Shown: piece after piece, positions 9,764-19,932 of the stretch
Layout of the letters: each line of letters begins with the position of its first letter
Position numbering within the stretch: the first letter of the stretch is position 1
Source of the DNA: an uncultured Acidobacteriota bacterium
GTDB taxonomy: Bacteria > Acidobacteriota > Terriglobia > UBA7540
Reading direction: 5' to 3'
Length of the DNA stretch: 64,000 nt
NCBI GenBank assembly: GCA_963804995.1
Contig: CAWDSK010000008.1
Location: forward strand, 32,001 to 96,000
The notes under the pieces: generated by a model
What the model was told of the DNA's origin: nothing
Databases searched by the model: none
The model's input: the letters and a program-made list of their open reading frames with translations, nothing else
Made by a program: the position numbers and the translations under genes

Positions 9764-11773
9764 TGACAACGGACGGGCTCTGGCATTCGGTGCGAAGTTT
9801 TGGAGTGCGGCAGCTCGCTGCCGCTTTCCTCCCCGCGAGCTCGCTCGCGGGAATTTCGACATGGCGTACGATCCACCGCCAGCAAGCTGGCTGGGGAAAA
9901 AGCGGCAGCGAGCTGCCGCACTCCAAAGCTTCGCACCCTCGCAATACGCACGCTGCCGGTTTGAAAGTGCCCACGCCGGCGACATACTGGCGAACGCTGC
10001 GCCATTTGCGCTGGTCGCAGCTTGGCTATCTCGCGCTGCGGCGAGCGCTGCCGCGTTCGACCTCGCCCGCCGCGATGCAGTCACCCGTGCGCTTGCGTGA
10101 AGTGACGGGCCCCTGGCCGTACCTTGAGTGGCAACCAGAAGCCTCGCGCAAAATGCTTGCGACGCGCGAATTCACTTTCCTCAATAGAAGCGTTGCGGCG
10201 AACGGGCGCATCCCCTGGAACGATTACCGTCAGGCGAAGTTGTGGCTCTATCATCTCAACTACTTTGATTTCTTGAATGTTGACTTCGCGCTGCCTGAGG
10301 ACGCGCCGACGCTCGCAGCCGCTCTCGAAATCGCGCTCGACTGGTGCGCGCACAATACGCAAGGGAACGAAGTGGGGTGGGAGCCTTATGCGTTATCCGT
10401 TCGGATCGTCAACTGGCTGAAGTTTCTGGCCCGGTACCACCGCCGGCTTGAATCCTTTGGAGAAGGGGAGAAGGTCAACACCCTCGTGGCAAGTCTGGGC
10501 GTACAGGTGGCAACGCTCGAGCGGCGGCTGGAAAAAGATCTCCTGGGCAATCACTATCTCAAGAATCTCAAGGCGCTGTTGTTTGCCGGAGCATGGCTCG
10601 AAGCTCCCGGCAGCGCGCGGTGGTGGTCAAAAGGGGAAGCGGTGCTGGAGCAGCAACTGCACGAGCAAATTCTCGCGGACGGTGGCCACTTCGAGCGTTC
10701 ACCGATGTACCACGCGCAGGTTCTCGAGGACCTTATCGAAATTCGCCTCTTGTGCCGCAGCATGGGAAAAAGGCTGGCATGCTCGGAGATGCTTGCGAAG
10801 ATTCAGTCCATGGCGGAATTCTTGCGCGGAATCCTCCATCCTGACGGTGAGATTCCACTCTTCAACGACTCGGTGCTCGGTGGAGCGCGCCCTCCCGCTC
10901 AATTGTTGGCCCTGGCGGAGTCACCTGATTCCACTATCGCTCGAACCGAGCCTCACGCGATCGTCTTCCCGGAAACTGGGTACGGGGTCATGCGGAGCCC
11001 CGAATCCGCAAGCACCCTGATTTTCGATTGCGGTCCCTTGGGGCCGGACTATCAGCCGGGCCACGGCCACTGCGACCTGTTGAGCTTATGAACTTTCGCT
11101 CCACGGCCAGCGCGTGGTGGTTGACACCGGCGTCAGCACCTACGAGCCGGGCCCGGAGCGTGCTTACGAGCGCTCCACGGCCGCGCACAATACGGTTCGC
11201 ATGGACGGTGAGGAGCAAGCGGAAATCTGGGCGAGTTTCCGCGTGGGTCGCCGCCCGCACGTGGGTCAAATACGCGGAGGCCGCAACGGCGTCTTCCCCT
11301 TTGTCAGTGGCGAACACGATGCCTATCGGCGCTTGGGCGTGGTGCACGCGCGCACCATTCTGTTGCATGCCCCGGATACTTGGATTGTGGCTGACATCCT
11401 TCAGGGCAGCGGGTCACACCGCGTTGAGTCTTTCCTGCATTTCCATCCCGCGGTGCGCGTTGCGGCACTGGCCGACTTCAGGGAAACCAGCGCCTGGCCT
11501 GCCCCTCCGCCGCTGGACGGTGGAATTTGCCGGTCAGTCCTATCTGGCTCACGGCTTACGGTGCCGGCCAGTTTGACCTTCTCAAGAGCTGGTATGCAGA
11601 GCAATTCGGCGATCGCCAACCTTCCACAGTACTTCGTTGGGCGTGGCAGGGGACGGCTCCCTACGGGGATGATTCATGTTTTCACCCCGGCGGGCACTCC
11701 GCTTCCGCCCATTGCGGCGGACTGGCCTGGGAAATTGATCGAGATGGACGGTCACAAGATTCCACTCGGCTGA
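9760..11773 (+). CDS. Heparinase II/III family protein (frameshift near 11085)
   Basis: LWLYHLNYFD, GWEPYALSVRIVNW, DGGHFERSPMYH, GPDYQPGHGHCD, then VVDTGVSTYE...RSTAAHNT in the next frame. Confidence 0.85.
9799..9927. repeat. TTTGGAGTGCGG-family palindromic element in the 5' part of the heparinase ORF
   Basis: tttggagtgcggcagctcgctgccgcttt ... aaagcggcagcgagctgccgcactccaaa terminal inverted repeat; related copies at 24831 and 40327. Confidence 0.9.
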
Positions 11774-11791
11774 AAAAAGAGGGTTCGCCTG

Positions 11792-13096
11792 ATGCAGGTC
11801 CTTTATATTTCCCAATACTATCCGCCGGAAACTTGCGCTCCCGCGACCCGGGTGGATTGTTTTACCCGCGAGTGGGTTCGGGCGGGCGCGGACGTCCGGG
11901 TGCTCACAGGTTTCCCCAATCATCCCGAAGGGATTTTGCACGCGGAGTATAGGAAGGCCTGGCGGCGCGGTTTCATGCGCGAGGAACGGGAGGGAGTCAA
12001 GGTTTACCGGACGTGGCTCTACCCTTCCGCCAATCGAAAACTGTGGGGGCGCGGCGCCAATTTCACTTCCTTTGCGCTTTCCGCCGCCGTGGCGGGACCC
12101 TGGCGTGGCACCGCGGCATGGCGTGGTCATCGCTACCTCGCCCCAGATTCTGGTTGGGGTATCGGGGTGGGCAGTGGGAACCCTGCGCTTCCTACCCTGG
12201 GTGTTCGAGGTGAGGGACCTCTGGCCGGAGTCGCTGGTGGGAGTAGGGACAGGCCGACGCCGACTCCCTGCTGTACCGAAGCGTGGGGCAGATTGCCAAT
12301 TTCCTCTATCGGCACGCCACGCATATTGTGGTGGATGGTGAATGGAAGCGACGGCACTTGATCCAGCAGGGAGTGGAAGAGAGAAGAATCTCCGTAATCC
12401 GGAACGGCATCGAGGAGGATTTCTGCCTGGATCCCAACTCCGCTGACGCCCGGTTGGCACGCCTGCAATTGCGGAAGGAGTTGGGGCTGCGTGATGAATT
12501 CGTTCTTCTTTACGCCGGGACACTCGGCATGGCCCACGGTTTGGAGACTGTACTCCAGGCCGCCGAACGGTTGAGAGGCCGCGACGATATCGTGTTCCTC
12601 CTCATGGGCGCCGGCGCCGAGCGCGGGCAACTCTGCCAACTCGTCGAAGGATTGCGACTTTCCAACGTGCGAAATTCTGGAAAAACAGCCTCGGGAGAGA
12701 ATCCCCGCATATCTCTGCGCGGCCGTGGATGCCTGCTTGATTCCGCTGCGGAACAAGGAAGTGTTCAAGACCGCCATCCCCTCCAAAATGTTCGAGGCGA
12801 TGGCAGCGGGGAAGCCGGCGATTCTGGGCGTCGAGGGAGAAGCGAAGGAGATTCTTCTCGCGAGCCAGGCCGGATTGGCCGTGCGGCCGGAAGACCCCGA
12901 GGCCATGGTGGCGGCAATTCTCAGGCTGCGGAACGATCCGTCGCTCTGCCAGGCCCTGGGCCGGAACGGAAGACAGGCGGTGCTGGAAAAATACCTGCGC
13001 CGGACGCAGGCCGCTCAGTACCTGAATCTGCTGGGCGAATTGTGCGCTCGCCAGAAGCTTGTGGCCGCCGCGGTGCCCGTGACTCTCGCGGAGTAA
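11792..13096 (+). CDS. GT4 glycosyltransferase, WbuB-like (about 3 frameshifts)
   Basis: SQYYPPE, TGFPNHP, VIATSPQ, FEVRDLWPESL, YAGTLGMAHGL and IPSKMFEAMAAGKP across frames. Confidence 0.85.
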
Positions 13097-13112
13097 TCGA
13101 ACCGGAACAACC

Positions 13113-15349
13113 ATGAAACAACTTATGCAGGACCTGCGGACGCACGAAATTGCGGTGGATGAAGTTCCCGCCCCCGGGTGCCAGCCGGGCGGCGTGCTGG
13201 TAAGAACCGTGGCCTCGCTGATCAGCTCAGGGACGGAACGCGCCACCGTGAAACTGGGCAGCATGAGCCTTCTGGGCAAGGCGCTGGAACGCCCTGACCT
13301 GGTGAAGAGTCTCTTCCAGCGCCTGCGAACCACCGGGGTCGCGAGCGTCGTCGCTACCGTGCGAGCCAAGCTCGACCGGGCAATGGCCACTGGGCTATAG
13401 CGCGGCAGGGGAAGTCCTGGAAGTGGGCGAGGGGGCGCGGGAGTTCCAAGTCGGGCAGCGCGTGGCGTGTGCGGGCATGGGTTACGCCAGTCACGCCGAA
13501 CGGATCTGGGTTCCCCGAAACCTGTGCGTGCCGATTCCGGAAAACGTGGACTACGATTCCGCGTCCTTTGTGGCGCTGGGTTCGATCGCGCTGCAGGGTG
13601 TGCGCGTGGCGGAGGTGAAGATTGGCGAACACGTGGCGGTGCTGGGCCTGGGATTGGTAGGCTTGGTTACCGCACAGATCCTGCAGGCCGCGGGGTGCAC
13701 GGTGTGGGGAGTCGATCCCGATCCCGACCGCGTGGCGCTGGCGCGGGAATTGGGCGTGGCCTTTGCCACTCCGAATTCCGATTTCATCTCCGAAGGTGAC
13801 CTGCCCAGAGCGCGGGGCGCGGACGCGGTCATTATCACTGCGGCGACGAAATCCAACCAGCCCATCGACCTGGCCGGGCAGATCGCTCGCGACCGGGGGA
13901 TCGTGGTTGTCGTGGGGGACGTGCGCGTCGATGTGCCCCGCGAGCATTACTACCAGAAGGAATTGCAGGTGCGGTACTCGCGCTCGTACGGTCCCGGCCG
14001 TTATGACCCGGCCTACGAGGAGAAAGGGATTGATTACCCGCAGGGTTACGTGCGCTGGACGGAGAAGAGAAACATGCAGGCCTTCCTGGACCTGGTGGCG
14101 GCCGGGAAGATTGACCTCGCCCGCCTGGTGACCCATCGTTTTGAGATTGCCCGGGCCCCCGAAGCTTACGAACTGCTCACCGGAAAGCGGCCAGAGAAAT
14201 ACCTGGCCATTCTGATTGAGTATTCCAAGCCCGGAGCGTCTTCCCGGCGCCTGGAACTTCGTCCGCCCCATCCGGAAAGAACGGTCACCAGTCCCAGACC
14301 GGGCAAGATCAGAATCGGCTGGATTGGAGCGGGCAGCTTCAGCCGCGCCAAACTGCTTCCGGCTTTGCGGAAGCTCGACAACCTCGAAATGGTGGGCTTG
14401 GCCAATGCCACGGGCCTCTCCGCCAGCCGGGTGGGGAAAAGCTTCGGGTTCCAATACTGCACGACCGACGCCTCGGAGGTTTTGCACGATCCGAACATCG
14501 ACGCCGTGTTCATCGGCACGCGACACCACCTGCACGGTCCGCATGGTCTTGGCGGCGCTCGAAAACGGCAAGCACGTTTTTGTCGAAAAGCCTTTGTGCG
14601 TGAACGAACAAGAGCTGGAGGCAATTTCACGAGCTCTACGCGCGCTCGGACCGCATCCTCTGCGTAGGTTTCAATCGCCGCTTTTCACCTTTTGCGAGGC
14701 AGTGCAGGGATTTCTTCCGCACCGGCCGCGGGCCGCTTTCTTTTCTTTACAGGGTCAATGCGGGGCGCCTGCCGGAAGGGCACTGGGTGCAGGATCCTGA
14801 GCAGGGCCACGGGCGCGTGATCAGCGAGGTCTGCCACTTTGTGGATTTGTTCGCGTTTCTCAGCGAGGCGCTGCCCACCGAAGTGGAAGCCTGGGCGGTG
14901 GGCGACAGCGCCGACGAAAGATAATGTCCACATCCAGGTGTCCCTGGCCGACGGCTCGAAGGGAGAAATCCTTTACTTGGCGTCCGGCGACGCGAGCGTC
15001 CCCAAAGAACGGTTGGAGGTCTTCGGCCGAGGCCGCACCGCGATTTGTGAAGACTTCCGCAAGGCTCATTACTACCTAATCGAACCGATGTCAAGCAAAA
15101 TCCCTGTTCCAGCAGGACAAAGGGCACCAGAAAGAAATGCGGTGCTTCGTCGACGCCGTTGCCGGGAAAGCACCACCCCCGATACCTTTCGAGAGCCTCT
15201 GGGCAACGACCCTGGCGACATTCCGGATTCGCGAGTCATTGCTCGGCGGCGGCGCTCGCCTGGTGATGGTCCCGGTGGCCATGACCGCGGGCTGCGAGGT
15301 TACTCTGTGTGTTACTGTGGGACCCCCTCACCCGTCCCGACCCGGCTGA
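13113..15349 (+). CDS. Bi-domain oxidoreductase (Zn-dependent dehydrogenase-like plus Gfo/Idh/MocA), several frameshifts, end approximate
   Basis: SLISSGTE, GLGLVG, SRSYGPGRYDP..YPQGYVRWTE, IGAGSF, KHVFVEKPL and SVPKERLEVF. Confidence 0.85.
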
Positions 15350-15392
15350 TGAAAGCGCCGGTTGCGGTCCACCCTCTCCCCAGGGGGCAAGG
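15322..15392. repeat. CCCTCACCC...CCCTCTCCC-family REP-like element
   Basis: Nearly identical to copies at about 37066 and 37265; related copy at 56369. Confidence 0.8.
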
Positions 15393-15473
15393 GTTGTATA
15401 TTCCAAATCCTTGCCACCCTGCAGAAAGCTCAGAAGGAATTTTAAACCAACACGTAACTTAGGTACAACGCGA

Positions 15474-16697
15474 ATGCGCATTCTCACCGTGGTTGGAGCG
15501 CGACCCGAATTTCGTCAAGATTGCGCCTCTCCTGGACGAAATGGGCCGTCATCCCAATATAGAAGCAATCCTGGTCCATACCGGGCAACACTACGATTAT
15601 GAGATGTCGAAGGCCTTCTTCGAGGACCTGGACATACCCGCGCCCCACGTCAACCTGGAGGTGGGCTCCGGCACGGCGGCGAGACAAACCGCCGAAATCA
15701 TGCTGCGGCTGGAGCGGGTGATGGAGGAGACGCAACCCGACCTCGTGGTTGTGGTCGGCGACGTCAATTCCACTCTGGCAGCGGCCCTGACAGCAGCCAA
15801 GATGGGTCTGCCCCTCGCGCACGTGGAAGCAGGATTGCGGAGCTTTGACCGATCCATGCCGGAAGAGGTCAATCGGGTCCTTACCGATGCTATTGGCGGA
15901 TCTTCTTTTCGTCACGGAGCCCAGCGGCGTGGAAAACTTGCTAAGAGAAGGCCGACCGGAGGAGAGAATCTTTCTGGTGGGCAATGTTATGATTGACGCC
16001 CTCGCACGGTTCCTCCCTCAGGCGAAGCGCCATCCGATCCCGCATGAACTGCAAGCGCAAGGCAAGTCCCGCGTCGACTTGACGGCTCCTTATGGACTGG
16101 TGACCCTGCATCGGCCTTCGACTGTAGACAATCTGGCAACGCTTCGCCTGATCTGGGCAGCCTTGGAGGAGATTGCGAAAGAAATTCCTCTGATCTTTCC
16201 CGTTCACCCCCGGACACAAAACCGGATGGAGGAAGGCAGGGCTCTGCGGCTCGCGGCATGACGTATCCAACGGCATCCGCGTCGTCCCGCCGATGAGCTA
16301 CCTGCAGTTTCTGAGACTTCAGAGCGAAGCCACCCTGGTGATTACGGACTCCGGTGGAGTGCAGGAGGAAACCACCGCGCTGGGGATTCCTTGCCTGACG
16401 GTCCGAGAGAACACTGAGCGGCCCATTACCTTGAGCGAGGGTACAAACCTGTTAGTTGGACTCGATGGCCGCCGTCTGGTGGAGGAAGCGCGCAAGGTCC
16501 TTCGGGGTGAAGGGAAGAAGGGGCATGTCCCCAAGCTCTGGGATGGCCACGCTTCCGCCCGCATTGTGCGTACGCTCTTAGGCGCGATGATTCCCGCGAA
16601 GGCGAATCCAGTCTTCATTATTGAAAAAGGTGTTCACATAGAGGGCACAGAGGTTGAGTCACAGAGGGCACGGAGACAAACCGTAAACCCTGTGTGA
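15474..16697 (+). CDS. wecB: UDP-N-acetylglucosamine 2-epimerase (non-hydrolysing), about 3 frameshifts
   Basis: MRILTVVGARP, HTGQHYD, VVGDVNST, HVEAGLRSFDRSMPEEVNR, TDSGGVQEET and RENTERP. Confidence 0.93.
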
Positions 16698-16723
16698 AGA
16701 GCCCTTAAGCCTTCATTAAACCC

Positions 16724-18248
16724 ATGGCTACCATCACAACCGGGCTCGGCAAGTTCGTCGTCCCAGGGGCGGTTTCTGCTGCTGACGGCCCCTCCCTCTA
16801 TGTGCGCCGGGGGAAACGTCTCTTCGATATTGCCGCATCTCTTGCCGGCTTGGTGATCTCAAGCCCCCTCCTGATCTTTTGTGCGCTGCTGGTGCGCCTG
16901 ACCTCCCGCGGGCCTGTGCTCTTCCGCCAGACTCGCGTCGGGTATCTCGGGCGCCCGTTTACGCTCATCAAGTTTCGAACGATGGTGCAGGGAGCCGAAG
17001 CGCTGGGTTCATCCGTGGTGGTCACACGTGATCCGCGCCTGACCCCGGTGGGAACCTTCCTGCGCCGCACCAAGCTGGACGAATTCCCGCAATTCATCAA
17101 CGTGCTGCGGGGGGAGATGAGTTTTGTGGGGCCGCGGCCCCGGGTACCGAGTGAGATCGATCTGAGACGATCCCAGGGAACGCATCCTGCTGAGCGTCCG
17201 GCCGGGGGTAACTTCCTATGCTTCCATTCACCATCGCATGGAGGCTGACTACTGTGCCCGGCAAGCCAACCCGCAGGCGGTCTATCGCACGAACCTCCTG
17301 CCGCAAAAACGCTCTCTCGATTGCGAGTATGTGCAGAACCTGACCTTCCGGCTGGACTTGAAACTGCTGTTGATGACCTTGGTGCTGGTCTGTGTTCCGG
17401 AAAGGTCTCTGGCCAGAGGGCTAAATATATTTGGGCAGGAAGTGCGGCCTTACAGCCGTGGTGCGCAGATGTTGCTCGATCTTGCGGTATACATGGGTGC
17501 GGCCTGGTTGGCTTACACCTTCCGATATGAAGCGGGGTTTCTGGATTTCTATCGCCGGCAGATGTGGTTGTACATGGCCTTCATCCCGCCCTTGCGGGTG
17601 GTGGTGAACCGCTGCCTGGGGGTTTACGACATGATGTGGCGGTACGTCACCCTGGAGGACGCTTCCTACCTGGCGGTGGCACTTGCCCCCGTCACGCTGG
17701 TCCTGTATCGGGCTCCGCCTGGGGCTGCCCACCAGCTCGTGGAAAGCGGTAATGTTCCTCGTCCCGTTGAGCATCATCACCCTTGAATACTTGCTCGCCC
17801 TGAGCGCCGGCCTGGGATTGCGCTGTTTGCGCCGTATTCTTTATGTGCTGCACCATCACTACCAACCCCTTCCCGAAGGAGCGCGCCGCGTCCTGATTCT
17901 CGGCGCCGGCCTGCTGGGGTTGACGACCGCCCAGGACATCCGTCAGTACCCGCACATGAGCCTGGTTGGGTTCCTGGACGACGACCCGACAAAGGACCGA
18001 AGGCTTATGGCGGGATGCCGGGTTCTGGGAAACTCGGCAAACCTGGAAGCTCTTTGTGCCCGCTACAAGGTGACCGACGTGGTGATTTGCGCCAAGTCGA
18101 TCTACCCTGACCGAGGCTGGAACTCCATCGGCGTTGTGAGGTCCTCAGGGTCAAGCTCCACGTACTTCCCAGCCTGGACCGGGTCCTTCGGGGTGAGAGC
18201 GATGGGCCCTTGTCTGCGTACCCGCCTCTTTCCTATGTCAGACAGTGA
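16724..18248 (+). CDS. Initiating sugar (polyprenyl phosphoglycosyl) transferase fused to a CapD/PglF-type membrane plus Rossmann-like N-terminal region (frameshifts near 17170, 17705, 18110)
   Basis: KRLFDI...GPVLFRQTRVG...KFRTM...DPRLTPVG..LRRTKLDEFPQ..GEMSFVGPRP, then TM helices and VLILGAG...VGFLDDDP. Confidence 0.8.
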
Positions 18249-18299
18249 GGGGTTCCTTATCTGCCCCATCGGAGTGGAAAAACTTCCAAGGAGAATATC

Positions 18300-19546
18300 A
18301 TGCGAACACGAAACCGGAGTCTGACGTTTTTCGTACTCTTGATGTTCACGAGGTTCTCGGCTTTTACTCTTGCGGTGGATCGAACGCCAGACGTCGTCGG
18401 CAAGGTCGTCAATTCGTCCAACGCAACAGTAGAAGGGAGCACGTTGTTATCCAACGGCACCATCCTTTCTGGAGAGGCCGTGTATGTTGGTGAGGGCGGG
18501 TCGGTGCTCCTTAGATATTCTCCTACCGGCCGGGCAACTCTTGCCCCGTCAACCCAGGTTCGTTTTAGTAGTGCGAAGGGGAATATCGTGGCGCAACTTC
18601 TTTCGGGAACCGTAGCTGTGGAGAGGGAAGTTAAGGACACCTTCGTGGTGAAGACTTCCACGTACAAGGTCGAGCCCCAAGGTGAGGGGAGGGCCGAGTT
18701 CCTGGTCGCGCTTTTGCCCGACAAGACGAACGATTGTGGAAGCCCAGCATGGAAAGGTCGCGATCACCGAGACCCGTTCAGGTGAGAGCTACACGCTTGC
18801 CGAGGGGCTCCGCGCTGAGATCCTTGCCTCCGCAACTGGATTCCCAGGCCGGGGAACGATGCCGGCGGGCACGGTCATCGGCCAAGCCGTCGCCTCCACG
18901 GGAGCGACCGCGAATGGGAAGCCTCTTTCCAGCGGGGAGTGGATCTTTGACGGCGACCTGGTTTCGACGGGGGCAGCGGGCCGCGCGACCATCCAATTGT
19001 GGCCGACCAACCTCGTTAATCTCAACGAAAACACGTCGGCCAGCTTCACGAGACCCGTGGATCGTGTCTGGTTGCGACTGGAAAACGGCGCCATTGTGGT
19101 TGAGAATACTGGCGAGAATAATGTCCTGATCGTGACGGCGAGATTTCACGTAGACCCAGCCTCGGCAGACCCTTCCAAGATTCGCGTAGAGGTGAGGTCT
19201 GACAACAGCACCTATATCCAATCCTTAGTCGGAAATGTCAAGATCGAGGATAGTCCAATCAGGACAGTCATACCTCTTATCGTCGGGACATGACACGTTG
19301 GTTCCAGCGAACGCGCCGGGTGTCCCCGGGCTACCCCCCTTCGGAACAACCCCTGCTCCCACTCCAACCCCAACCACTCCGCCCAGCGCGTCGAAGCCTC
19401 CGTCGGCCCCAACCTCACATTCCAATACCACTCTCATCGTATTGGGGATCGCTGCCGCAGCCGGAATTGGCGGAGCCGCAGCCGGCTTGGCGGGTGGAAA
19501 GGGTGGCGGCGGTGGCACTCAGCCCGTAAGCCCCTCTGTCCCGTAG
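18300..19546 (+). CDS. Secreted protein with two FecR-like beta domains, Pro/Thr linker and Gly/Ala-rich C-terminal helix (frameshifts near 18730 and 19250)
   Basis: Signal peptide; repeated pattern ATxxG..L..G..I..G...; tail LIVLGIAAAAGIGGAAAGLAGG. Confidence 0.6.
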
Positions 19547-19670
19547 GAGCACGGTTTCCATTTTGATATATTCCGGTGATGCTGGCGCAGGTTGGATTAA
19601 ACTCACGGGCTCGAAAAGGCGATGCCCCCATCTCGTTGTATTCGGCCCCTACCGCCCGCCACAACCCCAC

Positions 19671-19792
19671 CTAGTGTAGTGTCCAGGAAATGGCTGGACA
19701 ACTGTGTTGGCCGTAGCGCCGGCATCCTGCCGGCAAATGCCGCCAAGATGGCGGCGCTACGATGTCCAGTTAATTACCGGACACCACACTAG
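19671..19792. mobile_element. MITE with CTAGTGT(A/G)GTGTCC terminal inverted repeats (IS630-like ends) carrying a GTAG REP doublet
   Basis: ctagtgtagtgtcc ... ggacaccacactag (13/14 match); inner gtagcgccggcatcctgccggc..gccgccaagatggcggcgctac at 19713-19760. Confidence 0.75.
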
Positions 19793-19932
19793 AAACCCGC
19801 CCGGTGCCAGGGTGGAAAATTCGGATGGATCGCGACTGCAAAGCGATGGTTGCGCCCGAGGAGGCGGGGTGTATACTGCGGTCGGTGAGGCCTGCCAGAA
19901 GGAAATTTAGGACAAGGAAAGTCGGTGTAACC

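Noticed and set aside
15340..15365. Hammerhead ribozyme (CTGATGA here and at about 56394)
   Set aside because: CTGATGA lies in a simple REP hairpin loop without stem II, GAAA and stem III; the copies at 37 kb have CTGGTGA.
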